Of a stretch of DNA of 64,000 nucleotides, positions 45,016 through 55,606 are shown one piece after another. The position numbers and the translations under genes are program-made. Source of the stretch: Candidatus Sumerlaeia bacterium (GTDB lineage Bacteria > Sumerlaeota > Sumerlaeia > SLMS01). Location of the stretch: contig JBBQYG010000002.1 of the NCBI GenBank assembly GCA_038208905.1, positions 3,626 to 67,625 of the forward strand, written 5' to 3'. The first letter of the stretch is position 1. Each line of letters opens with the position of its first letter. The notes beneath the pieces were generated by a model. The model saw only the letters and a program-made list of their open reading frames with translations. It did not search any database and was not told the origin of the DNA.

Positions 45016-47481
45016 ATGCTCAGGATTCACTATCACCGGCTCGACGGCGAATACGACGACGTGGGGCTTTGGACTTGGATTCCCGGGGACGAGGCGGCGA
45101 CGGCGCGCGAGGTATTGTCGGCGGAGAGCGACGACTTTGGACGGATCTTCCGGATCGCGATCCCGCCCGGAGCCGCGTTGATCGGGTTCATCCCGCGCGT
45201 GGGCCGCGACTGGAGCCGCAAGGACGGCGGCGACCGGTTCTGGAAGGCCGGCGAACCGCAGGAGCTTTGGCTCGTCAGTGGCGAGCCCCACGCCTGCTTC
45301 GACCGCCCCAACATCGCGCCCCGCATCGACGCGGCCTACCTGGACGGGCCCAACGAGATCGCCCTGAAGCTGAGCCATGCGGTGGCGCTCGGGCGACTTG
45401 TCCCCGCCCTCTTTCAGGTTCGCAGCGCCGGCGGCGGCGCGCTCCCGCGCATCAAGTCCGTGCGCTCCATCGACTCGCGGGGCGGGCTCGCCCGTTCGGT
45501 CGTCGTGATGCTCGAGGGGCCGCTGGACCTGCGCCACGAAGTGATCGTCCTGGCCAATGGATACCGCCCCGCCGAGGTAGTGCCGCGCCACCTCTCCATG
45601 GACCAGGACGCCTTTCACAGCGACGCGGAGCTGGGCGCGATCTGTGCCCGCGACCACACGATCTTTCGCGTGTTCTCTCCACGCGCGCGCGCCGTTTCCA
45701 TTATCGTCCACGATGCCAGGGCGGGCGATGGCCCCCACCACGAGGTCTGCCTGGAGCCACGCGGCATGGGCCTGTGGGAGGCGACCGAGTGGGGACACCT
45801 GCACGGCAAGTTCTACATGGTGGCGCCGCGCTTCAACGGCCAGCCCGAGGCGGAGGCGGTGGACTTCTATGCGCGCTGCACCACGGGCCGTGGCGGGCGC
45901 GCGATGATCGTGGACCCGCGCCGCCTGGACCCGCCCGGGTTCCGCCCGATTCGTCGTCCGCCCCCGCTGGCTTCGCCCTGCGACGCGGTGATCTACGAAA
46001 TGCATATCCGCGATTTCACCATCTCCCTTGATTCCGGAGTTCCCGCGGCACTGCGCGGCACCTATCTGGGAGCGGCGCGGCGCGGCACCAAGGCCCCCGG
46101 CGGAGCCCACACGGGGATCGACCACCTCGTGGAGCTTGGCGTGACCCACGTGCAGCTCCTTCCCGTGCAGGACTTCGACAACGACGAGGATGGCAACGAG
46201 TACAACTGGGGCTACATGACGTCGAACTTCTTCTCACCCGAGGGATGGTTCTCCACCAATCCGCGGGGACCCGAGCGTATCCGCGAATTCAAGGAACTGG
46301 TGAAGGCCCTCCACGACGCGGGCATCGGCGTCGTGATGGACGTGGTGTACAACCACACGGGGGTCGATGCGACCTTCGAGAAGATCGCCCCCGGCTACTA
46401 CCACCGCATGAAGAACGACGGCACCTTCTGGAATGGCTCCGGCACGGGGAACGAGTTCCGCAGCGAGGCGCCCATGGGCCGCAAGCTGATCCTCGATTCC
46501 TGCCGCTACTGGGTGGAGGAATACGGAGTGGATGGATTCCGCTTCGACCTGATGGGGCTCATGGACATGGACACGCTGAATGCTGTCCGCGACGAGCTGC
46601 TGGCTGTATATCCATCTATCTTGCTATACGGAGAGCCCTGGGCCGCTACCGGTCCCGACGGCGCCGGAATCGGGCGCATGACCTACAAGGACGTCGCCCG
46701 TGGCTCCGGCATCGGATGCTTCAACGACCATTTCCGCAACGACCTGAAGGGCTCTCCCGACGGCGACGGGCCGGGATATGTGCAGAACGCCAGCCAGCGA
46801 GATGGCGTGGCGCGCGGCCTGCTTGGCGCGATCCACGACTGGGCCGAGCACCCCGCCGAATCGATCCAGTATGCCGACTGCCACGACAACCTGACGCTGT
46901 GGGACAAGATCGAGAAGTCGGCCCCCGCCGAGTCCGAGGAAGAGCGCCTGAAGATCCAGATGCTCACCGTGGGAATCCTGGCCGTCAGCCAGGGGATCAT
47001 GTTTCTCCACGGCGGCGTCGAATTCGCGCGCACCAAGGGCGGCCACCACAACAGCTACGACGCGCCGGACGCCGTGAATCAGTTTATGTGGAAACGCAAG
47101 GCCGCGCACCGCGATCTCTTCGACTACGTGCGCCACGCCATCGCCCTGCGCCGTGCCCACCCCGTCTTCCGCCTGGCCACGCGGGAGGCGGTCGAAAACC
47201 GCGTGAAGCTCCGCGACGACCTCTCGCCCCCGGGCAATGGAATCTCGCTTCACCTCAACGGCGCGGGAGTCCGCGCAGAGAAGTGGGCCGAAGTCATCGT
47301 CCACATCAACCCCGACCGCGAGGACCTGGAGTTCAAGCTCCCCCCCGGCGAGTGGGAACTCCACCAGCAGGGCGCCCTCCACGGCGAGACCGCCCCGCTG
47401 ATGCGCCTGCGCGATTTCGTCTATGTCCCCGCCCGCGGCATGGCGGTTCTGGCGCGCCCCCTGGGCACGCCGATCACCTGA
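45016..47481 (+). CDS. Type I pullulanase / GH13 debranching enzyme
   Basis: YNWGYMTSNFFSPEG (pullulanase YNWGYDP motif), GIGVVMDVVYNHTG, GFRFDLMGLMD, ADCHDNLTLWDK. N-terminal CBM48-like region. No signal peptide seen. Confidence 0.8.
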   Translation: MLRIHYHRLDGEYDDVGLWTWIPGDEAATAREVLSAESDDFGRIFRIAIPPGAALIGFIPRVGRDWSRKDGGDRFWKAGEPQELWLVSGEPHACFDRPNIAPRIDAAYLDGPNEIALKLSHAVALGRLVPALFQVRSAGGGALPRIKSVRSIDSRGGLARSVVVMLEGPLDLRHEVIVLANGYRPAEVVPRHLSMDQDAFHSDAELGAICARDHTIFRVFSPRARAVSIIVHDARAGDGPHHEVCLEPRGMGLWEATEWGHLHGKFYMVAPRFNGQPEAEAVDFYARCTTGRGGRAMIVDPRRLDPPGFRPIRRPPPLASPCDAVIYEMHIRDFTISLDSGVPAALRGTYLGAARRGTKAPGGAHTGIDHLVELGVTHVQLLPVQDFDNDEDGNEYNWGYMTSNFFSPEGWFSTNPRGPERIREFKELVKALHDAGIGVVMDVVYNHTGVDATFEKIAPGYYHRMKNDGTFWNGSGTGNEFRSEAPMGRKLILDSCRYWVEEYGVDGFRFDLMGLMDMDTLNAVRDELLAVYPSILLYGEPWAATGPDGAGIGRMTYKDVARGSGIGCFNDHFRNDLKGSPDGDGPGYVQNASQRDGVARGLLGAIHDWAEHPAESIQYADCHDNLTLWDKIEKSAPAESEEERLKIQMLTVGILAVSQGIMFLHGGVEFARTKGGHHNSYDAPDAVNQFMWKRKAAHRDLFDYVRHAIALRRAHPVFRLATREAVENRVKLRDDLSPPGNGISLHLNGAGVRAEKWAEVIVHINPDREDLEFKLPPGEWELHQQGALHGETAPLMRLRDFVYVPARGMAVLARPLGTPIT

Positions 47482-47490
47482 TTGGCGCCG

Positions 47491-48960
47491 TTACTTTATC
47501 TCGATCACATGCAGGTAATTCGTGTGCCGCGTCTTCCCCAGCGGCACGCCGCCGAGCACCACGGCGCGGTGGCCGGGGCGCGCGATGCCGTGGTACTTTG
47601 CCGTGCGGATGACCTCGTTGATGAGCGCGTCGGTCTCGCTGCGTTCCACTTCGCCGGCGTCGAGATTTGACATTGTCCGCGAGGTGACGCCCCACGCCAG
47701 GCAGAGCCGGTTCACCGCGTCGGTATTCACCGAGCAGGCGAAGATCGGCACCGAGGGCTTGAACCGCGCCACGTGAAAGGCCGAATAGCCCGACTCCGTC
47801 GGCACGATGATCAGGTCGAGACGCAGCAGTTCCGCGATGCGCACCGCCGACTGGCAAATGGTCTGCGTCACGGAGGGATGATCGCCAAGATCCAGCAGGC
47901 CGGAAGCGCGAGCCGCCTCGCCCAGCGCGCGCTCCGCCTCCAGCGCCACCGTGCGCATCATCTCCACCGCCTGCACGGGATACTTCCCCGCGGCGGTTTC
48001 GCCGGAGAGCATGATCGCGTCGGTGCCGTCGAGAATGGCGTTATAGACATCGGTCACTTCGGCGCGCGTGGGGCGCGGGCTCTCGATCATCGACTCCAGC
48101 ATCTGCGTCGCCGTGATGACGGGATGCGAGAGCCGGTTGGAGAGGCGAATGATCTGCTTCTGAACCGCGGGAACCTGCTCCATCGGAATCTCGATGCCCA
48201 GATCGCCGCGCGCCACCATCGCGCCGTCGGCGGTCTTTAGGATGTCGACCAAGTTGTCCACGGCCTCCTTCTTCTCGATCTTCGCGAGGATCGGGACCTC
48301 TCGCCCGCACTCGCGCATCGCCTCGCGGGCCGTCTGGATGTCGATCGGGGAGCGCACGAAACTCAGCGCCAGCAGATCCACCCCCGCCGCCAGCGCAAAC
48401 TTCATGTCCGCGCGGTCCTTCTCCGTCAGCGCCGGGATCGGCAGCCGCGTATCGGGAAGGTTGACGCCCTTGCGCGGCTTGAGGATTCCGCCGTCGATCA
48501 CCGTGCAGAGGACTTCCTGACCCTCCACCGCGTCCACCATCAGCGCGATGTGCCCATCGTCCAGCAGGATTTTCTCGCCCGGGCGCGCCACCTCGTGGAA
48601 GCCGGCGAAGCTCACTTGGAATCGCTTGTGAGTGCCGTCGGCCTCCGCGGATGTAAGGACGATCTGCTCGTTGTCCTCCAGCAGCACCGCCTCCGCCGCC
48701 ATCCCCGCAATGCGCAGCTTGGGCCCCGACAAGTCGCCGAGAATCGCCAGCGGACGGCTCATCTCCTGCCCGATCTCCCGGATGATGTGAATCCGATTCA
48801 GGTGCTCCGCATGGGTCCCGTGGCTGAAGTTCAGCCGGAATACATCGGCCCCCGCATGTACCAAATGCTGAATGACTTCCTTTGTGGAGGACGACGGTCC
48901 AAGCGTCGCAACGATCTTCGTGCGATGGCGCGGGGCTTCGGTGGAGCGAATGCGGGCCAT
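47491..48960 (-). CDS. pyk: Pyruvate kinase
   Basis: TKIVATLGPSS, FRLNFSHG, MVARGDLGIEIP, full ~490 aa with C-terminal allosteric domain. Confidence 0.9.
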   Translation of the reverse strand: MARIRSTEAPRHRTKIVATLGPSSSTKEVIQHLVHAGADVFRLNFSHGTHAEHLNRIHIIREIGQEMSRPLAILGDLSGPKLRIAGMAAEAVLLEDNEQIVLTSAEADGTHKRFQVSFAGFHEVARPGEKILLDDGHIALMVDAVEGQEVLCTVIDGGILKPRKGVNLPDTRLPIPALTEKDRADMKFALAAGVDLLALSFVRSPIDIQTAREAMRECGREVPILAKIEKKEAVDNLVDILKTADGAMVARGDLGIEIPMEQVPAVQKQIIRLSNRLSHPVITATQMLESMIESPRPTRAEVTDVYNAILDGTDAIMLSGETAAGKYPVQAVEMMRTVALEAERALGEAARASGLLDLGDHPSVTQTICQSAVRIAELLRLDLIIVPTESGYSAFHVARFKPSVPIFACSVNTDAVNRLCLAWGVTSRTMSNLDAGEVERSETDALINEVIRTAKYHGIARPGHRAVVLGGVPLGKTRHTNYLHVIEIK

Positions 48961-49145
48961 GTGTTTCCGATCCGAATGGGATGCGAAGGATCACAGGGCG
49001 GGATAGGCGAGTGGGGCAAGAGGGATGGAAACGGCGGGGACGAGGTCGAAGGGATGAGTGATGAACGGCAACAGGGCTCCACCCCATCCGTCCCATCGGT
49101 CCTATTCGTCTCATCTGTCCAGCCGATACCGCCGTATATACACCC

Positions 49146-49658
49146 CTACCGCGTCATCTCCTCCACCACCCGCGCGTGCCGGGGATACTCCCGCAGCAAC
49201 TCCTCCCGCCCCGGCATCTTGAAATCGGCGAAGTCGAATCCCGGCGCCACCACGCAGCCCGCGAGGGCGTGGGCGGAGCCCGGCGCGGGTCGCGCGGCCT
49301 GGAGCCAGCCCGCGGGGACGGCGGCTTGCAGCTCGGCGTCGGGGCCGAGCGCGACGACGCGATGCTCGCCGGTATCGGGCGCGAGGAGGTGCAGCTCCAG
49401 CGCGCCGCCGCCCTGCCAGAGCCACACCTCGTCCGACGCGACGCGATGCCATGCGGAAAAATCGCCGGCCTCCAGCAGGAAGTGGATGCAGGTACACGCC
49501 GCGCGTTCGGCGCCGGATGCCGGATGCGCCACGGGAATCGCGGAACGCCAGGTCTCGCGGTACCAGCCGCCCTCGGGATGGCGGAGGAGGCCGAGGCGCT
49601 GGATCAGCCGCTGCGCGACTTCACGGGGGTCAGGGCTGGGCATGGGGGGCGGGGTCAT
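49146..49658 (-). CDS. DUF985 cupin-superfamily protein
   Basis: LLRHPEGGWYRETWRS...TCIHFLLEAGDFSAWHRVASDEVWLWQGG pattern of cupin_5/DUF985 proteins. Confidence 0.55.
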   Translation of the reverse strand: MTPPPMPSPDPREVAQRLIQRLGLLRHPEGGWYRETWRSAIPVAHPASGAERAACTCIHFLLEAGDFSAWHRVASDEVWLWQGGGALELHLLAPDTGEHRVVALGPDAELQAAVPAGWLQAARPAPGSAHALAGCVVAPGFDFADFKMPGREELLREYPRHARVVEEMTR

Positions 49659-49811
49659 CTTCCTCGATCTGCCAAACGCGCTGCTTTAATCCACGCGCCT
49701 CCAGGATCGGAGCGCGGCGCTTCCGCATCTCGACGACAATGCGGATATTTTCGGGAAAGGGGAGCTTCGCCCGTTCCCGGCGCCACGCGGCCTGTGCGCG
49801 CGCGATGTCGT

Positions 49812-50250
49812 CTATCGTGAAGTCCGGTCGATCCATTTATCGAACCTTTCCGCCAGCCCATGCCGCACAAGGAGCTCCCCAAGGAACTCCCTGTCGATCT
49901 GAACCTGCTCCATCAACGATTCCAATCTTGCGCGATCCTTGTCGCGCCCTGTCTGGACCATGATCGCCGCGAGATGCTCGGGCCGCGGGACCCTGGTCGC
50001 CTCGGAACGATAGGGGGTCTCCACGGCCTGCTCAATTGCTTCCTCCACGAGCGAATTATATGCTGGCAGAAACTGAACGGGCAATCCCTCCACAAGGATG
50101 TGCGGCCTGGTCGATGAGGATGAAGACGTCCAGATCTTCCGTCTCGAATGGCGCCAGATAAAAGAACGCCGCAATCGCGCCGCCAATGGCGTAGCGTCTC
50201 TACAACACTGCCCTTTCAAGCTCGTTGAGTATCCTGAGCGTCTTTTCCAT
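49812..50250 (-). pseudogene. Disrupted nucleotidyltransferase-type (AbiEii/MNT-like) toxin-family gene
   Basis: Minus strand from ATG 50250: MEKTLRILNELERAVL then in-frame TAG (plus 50200-50202). Continues RRYAIGGAIAAFFYLAPFETEDLDVFI (GG...R.T.DLD NTase motif), then a frameshift into the ORF-track frame HILVEGLPVQF...DKWIDRTSR. One nonsense codon plus one frameshift. Confidence 0.5.
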
Positions 50251-50251
50251 C

Positions 50252-50953
50252 TCACGCTCCCGCCAGCACGCCGTCAAAATCCCGAATCACGTCGTGCCCC
50301 GGCTCCGCCAGTTCCGCCGTGCCGGGCCTGACGACAAGGCGCGTGGCCATGCCCGCCTCGCGTGCGGCGTCGAGTTCCGCCGCCACGTCAGAAAGGAAGA
50401 GCACCGCCCCGGGCCCTACGCGCAGGTGCCCCGCAATGCAGCGATAGCTGTCGGCCTCGCGCTTGGGGCCCGTGGTGGTGTCGAAGTAGCCAGTCAGGAG
50501 CGGCGTTAGGTCGCCCTCGGTGGAATGGCGGAAGAGGAGCTTCTGGGCGAGTACGCTGCCGGAGGAGAAAATCGCCGCCATCACGCCATCGGATTCCCAC
50601 CGGCGCAGCGCCGGGGCCACATCGCGATAGACCGCGCCGCGCAGTTCTCCGCTGGCGTAGCCCTCCTCCCAGATCAGGCCCTGCGCCGTCTTCAGCGCCG
50701 TGGACTTCACATCGCGGTCCATGAGCCACGTCGCGTATGCCGCCGCCCCCTCGCGATCGTCGCCCCCCCACGCGGGTGGACCATTCGCGTCGGCGGAATG
50801 CTCGCGCTGGAACGCCTCCAGCAACCCAGCGTCGCATCCCGCCAGGAAATCAGCTATCCTTCCCCGCGCGAAGGGAAAGAGCGTTGTATATACAAAATCG
50901 ATCGGCGTCGTGGTGCCCTCGATGTCCAGCAATACGGCTCGGGTGTCGGTCAC
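50252..50953 (-). CDS. mtnC: Enolase-phosphatase E1 (2,3-diketo-5-methylthio-1-phosphopentane phosphatase)
   Basis: LLDIEGTTTPIDFVYTTLFPF HAD motif I characteristic of MtnC; ~230 aa. Confidence 0.75.
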   Translation of the reverse strand: MTDTRAVLLDIEGTTTPIDFVYTTLFPFARGRIADFLAGCDAGLLEAFQREHSADANGPPAWGGDDREGAAAYATWLMDRDVKSTALKTAQGLIWEEGYASGELRGAVYRDVAPALRRWESDGVMAAIFSSGSVLAQKLLFRHSTEGDLTPLLTGYFDTTTGPKREADSYRCIAGHLRVGPGAVLFLSDVAAELDAAREAGMATRLVVRPGTAELAEPGHDVIRDFDGVLAGA

Positions 50954-51017
50954 CGATCAGCTCCGCCAGATGGATGGGCCCAATCAGACGCATCGCCAAA
51001 AACCAGCAGTTCATGCC

Positions 51018-51575
51018 TCATGCCTTCGGCGCCACATACATCGGCCCCATGCACAACGGCTGGAACCCCTTGTCCACGCCGCTATCGGTGTAGCGCGGCG
51101 TCCAGCCGGCGGTGTCCTGAAAGAGGCGGATCGCTCGGATGCGCTTATCCGTGCAGAGGTCAAACCAGTGCCACGTCCCCAGCGGGACGCGCAGCAGGTC
51201 GCCCGGTCCAACCTCGATGGCGATCACGGGGGCACCGTCCTTGGGGTGGATGTGAAAGACCCCGCGGCCCTCGATGATGAAGCGCACCTCGTCCTCGTCG
51301 TGCCAGTGCTCCTTGTTGAACTTGTTGAGCATGGCATCCAGATTGGGCGTCTCCGCGGTGACGTCGATCACGTCGGCGGTTACATAGCCGCCCTCCAGCT
51401 TCAGGCGGTCAATTTCGGCCTTGTAGGCGTCCAAAATGTCCGCCGCGCTGGCGCCGGGCTGGATCGGGTGGCTGGGTTCCCACCGTTCATAGTCGATCCC
51501 GATCCCCTCCAGATAGTCGGCAACTTCGGGGAACTCGCGAAGGGTGCGGTTTTCCGCTGGAATGCTGATTACGGC
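51018..51575 (-). CDS. mtnD: Acireductone dioxygenase (ARD)
   Basis: [22 protein letters not shown]...GTWHWFD cupin metal-binding motifs of ARD. Probable start MAVISIP at 51575; ORF track extends to 51635. Confidence 0.75.
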   Translation of the reverse strand, partial: AVISIPAENRTLREFPEVADYLEGIGIDYERWEPSHPIQPGASAADILDAYKAEIDRLKLEGGYVTADVIDVTAETPNLDAMLNKFNKEHWHDEDEVRFIIEGRGVFHIHPKDGAPVIAIEVGPGDLLRVPLGTWHWFDLCTDKRIRAIRLFQDTAGWTPRYTDSGVDKGFQPLCMGPMYVAPKA

Positions 51576-51740
51576 CATGATCGGAGCCTCCTGATGGGTC
51601 ATTTTCCTGTTCGAAACTGGAAAGTGGCTGCCCATTCAGGCAAGGGGTTTCTCAAATACCCCGCCCGCTGGCATGGGATTCTCTTTGTCTGGACCGCGAT
51701 CGCTGGGATACAAGATAAGGAAGGTAAGGACTAGAACCAC

Positions 51741-54700
51741 TTGGCGCATCCCACAAATCAACCTTCGGACGAGGCAGTGACTCCGCCACCGGACTTACCG
51801 GCGGACTCGCTCGTGTCCTACAACCCGGGCCGTTCGTTTGCCAATCGCCCCCCCGGAACACCCGGTGGCGATGGCTGCGACTTGCGCGTTGCCGCCCGGT
51901 GGTCGGTCTCGGTTGCCGACCCTACCGAGCGCGAATTCCGCACCGACTTCGAGATCGAGGAGGACGCGGTCGAGGAAGAGGAGTCGGGCTCCTATCAGCT
52001 CATCCGCATCGTCGGGCGCGGTGGCTTCGGCGAGGTCTGGGAGGCCGTTCAGGGGACGCTGGACCGCGTGGTGGCGGTCAAGCGCCTGCGCGACGACCTT
52101 GAAAAGGGCGAGACGGAATCGACAGCCGACACCTTCGCCATGAGGGAGAACTTCCGCCAGGAGGCGCTGACCACCGCCAACCTGGACCACCCCAACATCG
52201 TGCCCGTCCACGATCTGGGCGAGGATGAAAACGGCTCTCCGCTGCTGGCGATGAAGTACGTCCGCGGCAAGCCGTGGAGCGACATGATCATGGAGGAATT
52301 CCCGGCGATGTCGCCTGCGGAATTCCTGGCCAAGCACATCCCCATCCTGGTGGACGTGACTCAGGCCGTGGCATTTGCCCACTCGCGCGGCGTGGTGCAT
52401 CGCGATCTTAAGCCATCGCAGGTGATGGTGGGCGAGTTCGGCGAGGTGATGCTGATGGACTGGGGCTTGGCCGTGGTCATGAACCCCGAATCGCTGATCG
52501 CCAGCAGTCGGCGTCGCTCGCGCGGGGGGCGGCGCAGGTTCCTTCCCACCCCCGAATCCGCCTCCAACCCGGCGGGCACCCTCGCCTTCATGGCGCCGGA
52601 GCAAACCAACAAGACGGCCAAGTATATCTGTCCCGCGACCGACGTGTTTCTCCTGGGCGGAACTCTCTATTACCTGCTTACCGGGCGGCTTCCCCACCAG
52701 GGTGAATCGTCCAAGGAAATCTTCATGCGCGCCCGCCTCGGGGAAGTCATCCCCGCCGAAGTGGCTGCCCCCGATCGCGATATTCCCCAGGACCTGATCG
52801 AGCTCGCCGCCGGCGCAATGCGGCCGCTGATCCGCGAGCGAATGCAGACCGCGCGCGAGTTCCTTGCCGGGCTTCAGGACCACCTATCCGGCGCGACCAG
52901 GCGGCGTGAATCGGTGGCGCTGACCGACGCGGCGCGCCATCAGCTCGACAACTGCAAGGGCGAATATCCCGTCTTCGCCGAGGCCCTCGGGCGCATCTCC
53001 CGCGCGGACACGCTGTGGGATGGGAATCCCGATGTGGATGAGCTTGCCGAGCGCGCCCACCGCCAGTTTGCCCGCGCCGCCCTGCGCAATGGCGACCTCA
53101 TCCTCGCCCGCCTCCAGGCCCAGCTCCTTCCGGAGAGCGACCAAAAGAAGTCCACCATCGCGGAGATCGACCGCGCGCAGTGCCGCTCCATCCTGCGCGA
53201 GCGCCAGCGCCGCATCGCCCTCGTCGGCGTCGCCGCGCTTCTCCTCCTCGTGGTCGCCGGCTCCAGCTTCTTCATCAATCGCCTCTCCTACCAGCGCGAC
53301 CTCGCGATGCTGGAAAAGGAGCGCGCCCTCTCCGCGCGAAACGACGCCCAGACCCTCGTCAGCTATATGCTCGGCGATTTGGTCGTGTCCCTCCAGCCCC
53401 TCGGCCAGCTCGGTCCGCTCAAGAATCTGGCCGAGCGTGTGAAGGAATACTATGACAACGTCCCCAAGGAGGAACTCTCCGCCGACGGACGCCTGCAACA
53501 GAGCCTCGCGCTCGCCTCGCTCGCCCAGATCAATGTGGAAAGCGGAGACTCCGAAAGCGCCTTGAAGCAGTTTCAGCAGGCGCTGGACATCGCGGAGCCG
53601 CTTCTGGCGGAGAACCCCGCCGACGACGAGATCGCCCGCGATGTCGCGGCCATCTATGCCTCCATCGGCGACGTCAAGGCGGAGCGCGGAGATCCCAACG
53701 CCCGGGTCGAGGGCGTTGCCAAGGCCATCGGTGTCGTCGTCCAGGCGCTCGCGCTCAACCCCGAGTTCAGCCGCCAGTTCCCCGACAGTGCCACATCCGG
53801 CGAGGTTGCCGCCGCCTTTGCCCGTGGGATGATCCCCGGCGATGGGGCCCAGTTGGGCGAATCCCTCGCCATCCTCGACAAGGTTAATGCGTGGAATCAG
53901 CAGGACCCGCGCTGGGGGCTGGACCTCTCCGTGGGATACGAGATGATGTCGCGTATCTTCCTGGACAACGGCGATTTCGCCCGCGCGCGGGAGGCCGGCC
54001 GCAAGTCGGTCGCGCTCCGGGAACGCTCCGTCGAGATGCTTCCGGGCGAGGCCGGACCGCGCCGGCTCCTGATATCCGCCTATCTCGCCATGGGCGAAGT
54101 CTATCGCCGCGAGGGATACGCCGACGCCGCCCTGCGCAACTACGAGAGCGCCCTGACCCAGGCCGACGAGCAGATGACCAAGGATCCGGGCAACGTGTTC
54201 TGGCCCGTGTCGCTCGCGGGATCGCACGCCGCCATCGCCGATGTTCTGATCGACAAGGAACTGCCGCGCGAGGCCGCCGGCCACCTGCGCGAGTCCATCG
54301 CCCTTTCCGAAATGATTCTCGCCCGCGACCGCGACAACGCCACCACCCGGTTCGAGCTTTCCAAGCGCTATGGCAAGCTCGCCCAAGTGCTGACCAGCCT
54401 TGGGGAAATCGCCGAGGCCCGCGAGTACTTCGGCAAGGCGTTCCCCATCGCCAGCGCCCTCCTCCTCCAGGACCGCCGCAACGTCCGCTGGCAGACGGAA
54501 TTCAACGAACTCTTCGGCGGAAGCCTTGAACTGGGCGACCTGCTTCTGGACGCGGATGACTATGTCGGCGCAGAAGAAGCCTACAAACACGTCCTCTCCA
54601 TGGCCGCCATCCTGGTCGAGGCCAACCCCGGCAACATGGATCACCTGCGCGACTACTTCACCAGCAGCGAGCGCCTCGGCAAGACCCTCGTCCTTCTCGA

Positions 54701-55001
54701 TCGCGGCAAGGAGGCGATCCCCATTCTGTTCCGCGCGTTCTCCCTTCCCGCGCTGGAGCAGGGCGCCGCCCAGGCCATCGACATCGCGCGAGAGAACGAG
54801 CCGCCGCTCCTCTTCGCCGTCGGCATGGCCTATGCCGCCCAAGGCGACGCCGAACACGCCTTCCGATTCCTGCACCAGGCCATGGACGGCGGCTACAAGC
54901 CCCGCCTCAAGGACTCCCCCTTTGCCCCGCTCCTCGATGGACTGCGCAAGAAGGACGCCGCGCGCCTGGAATCGATCCTCGGCGCGGGTAGCAGTCCCTG
55001 A
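51741..55001 (+). CDS. Ser/Thr protein kinase with TM segment and ~600-aa TPR/tetratricopeptide-like C-terminal domain
   Basis: Hanks kinase motifs GRGGFGEVW, VAVKRL, HRDLKPSQVMV, DWGLA, APEQ. One TM (IALVGVAALLLLVVAGSSFFI). Long alpha-solenoid tail with TPR-like periodicity. Confidence 0.8.
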   Translation: MAHPTNQPSDEAVTPPPDLPADSLVSYNPGRSFANRPPGTPGGDGCDLRVAARWSVSVADPTEREFRTDFEIEEDAVEEEESGSYQLIRIVGRGGFGEVWEAVQGTLDRVVAVKRLRDDLEKGETESTADTFAMRENFRQEALTTANLDHPNIVPVHDLGEDENGSPLLAMKYVRGKPWSDMIMEEFPAMSPAEFLAKHIPILVDVTQAVAFAHSRGVVHRDLKPSQVMVGEFGEVMLMDWGLAVVMNPESLIASSRRRSRGGRRRFLPTPESASNPAGTLAFMAPEQTNKTAKYICPATDVFLLGGTLYYLLTGRLPHQGESSKEIFMRARLGEVIPAEVAAPDRDIPQDLIELAAGAMRPLIRERMQTAREFLAGLQDHLSGATRRRESVALTDAARHQLDNCKGEYPVFAEALGRISRADTLWDGNPDVDELAERAHRQFARAALRNGDLILARLQAQLLPESDQKKSTIAEIDRAQCRSILRERQRRIALVGVAALLLLVVAGSSFFINRLSYQRDLAMLEKERALSARNDAQTLVSYMLGDLVVSLQPLGQLGPLKNLAERVKEYYDNVPKEELSADGRLQQSLALASLAQINVESGDSESALKQFQQALDIAEPLLAENPADDEIARDVAAIYASIGDVKAERGDPNARVEGVAKAIGVVVQALALNPEFSRQFPDSATSGEVAAAFARGMIPGDGAQLGESLAILDKVNAWNQQDPRWGLDLSVGYEMMSRIFLDNGDFARAREAGRKSVALRERSVEMLPGEAGPRRLLISAYLAMGEVYRREGYADAALRNYESALTQADEQMTKDPGNVFWPVSLAGSHAAIADVLIDKELPREAAGHLRESIALSEMILARDRDNATTRFELSKRYGKLAQVLTSLGEIAEAREYFGKAFPIASALLLQDRRNVRWQTEFNELFGGSLELGDLLLDADDYVGAEEAYKHVLSMAAILVEANPGNMDHLRDYFTSSERLGKTLVLLDRGKEAIPILFRAFSLPALEQGAAQAIDIARENEPPLLFAVGMAYAAQGDAEHAFRFLHQAMDGGYKPRLKDSPFAPLLDGLRKKDAARLESILGAGSSP

Positions 55002-55004
55002 CCG

Positions 55005-55277
55005 CTACCGGTCGGCGTGCCCCAGGTCTCGCCCCGGCGCCACCACATCGCGCAACCGCTGCTTGAGCTCCTTCGGCTGCGGAAACCCACCCTCCGCCGC
55101 CCGCGACCAGATCACCCGCTCCCCCACCCGCACCTCAAACCCCCCGCCCGCCCCCGGCACCAGCGCCACCCCGCCCAACTCCTCCTCGAACGTCGTCAAC
55201 AATTCCTGAGCCAACCAAGCCGCCCGCAACATCCAACGGCACTGGCGGCAGTACTCGAGTTCGACGATGGGGGGCAT
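55005..55277 (-). CDS. Rdx/SelW-like thioredoxin-fold protein (CxxC form)
   Basis: MPPIVELEYCRQCRWMLRAAWLAQELL...GGFEVRV matches the SelT/SelW/Rdx family; both redox residues are Cys (TGC), no in-frame TGA. Confidence 0.6.
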   Translation of the reverse strand: MPPIVELEYCRQCRWMLRAAWLAQELLTTFEEELGGVALVPGAGGGFEVRVGERVIWSRAAEGGFPQPKELKQRLRDVVAPGRDLGHADR

Positions 55278-55606
55278 GGGGGGGACTCCGTGAGCGATGG
55301 ATTCGGTATGCTACCGCGGGAAGCGAAACCACCGCTCGCGAAGGAGCAAGCGAGCGTGCCACGCGCAATGATTAGGCCGTCCTGCTATACGCGAAAACTA
55401 CTCGAATACATCATCTTCCGCGATACCAGCTTGGCGGAGTAGGTGCCTGGGCAGACCCTTCTTCAGGGGTGTATTGCCGTCTACTGGAATAGGCAAGCGG
55501 ACGGATTCACCATCTTTGGCGAGAATATGATGGCTCCCATTTACCCGACGCAGCACTCATCCGCGCCGTTCGATTGCGCGAATCAAGTCCTAGCCGGATG
55601 TGCTGC

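Noticed and set aside
44476-46149. 557-aa minus-strand ORF
   Set aside because: Antisense to the pullulanase gene and the divergent promoter region; no motifs.
49630-49836. 68-aa ORF overlapping the cupin gene start and the NTase pseudogene end
   Set aside because: No recognisable family. Overlaps two better-supported features. Kept only as a possible TA-module remnant in the finding.
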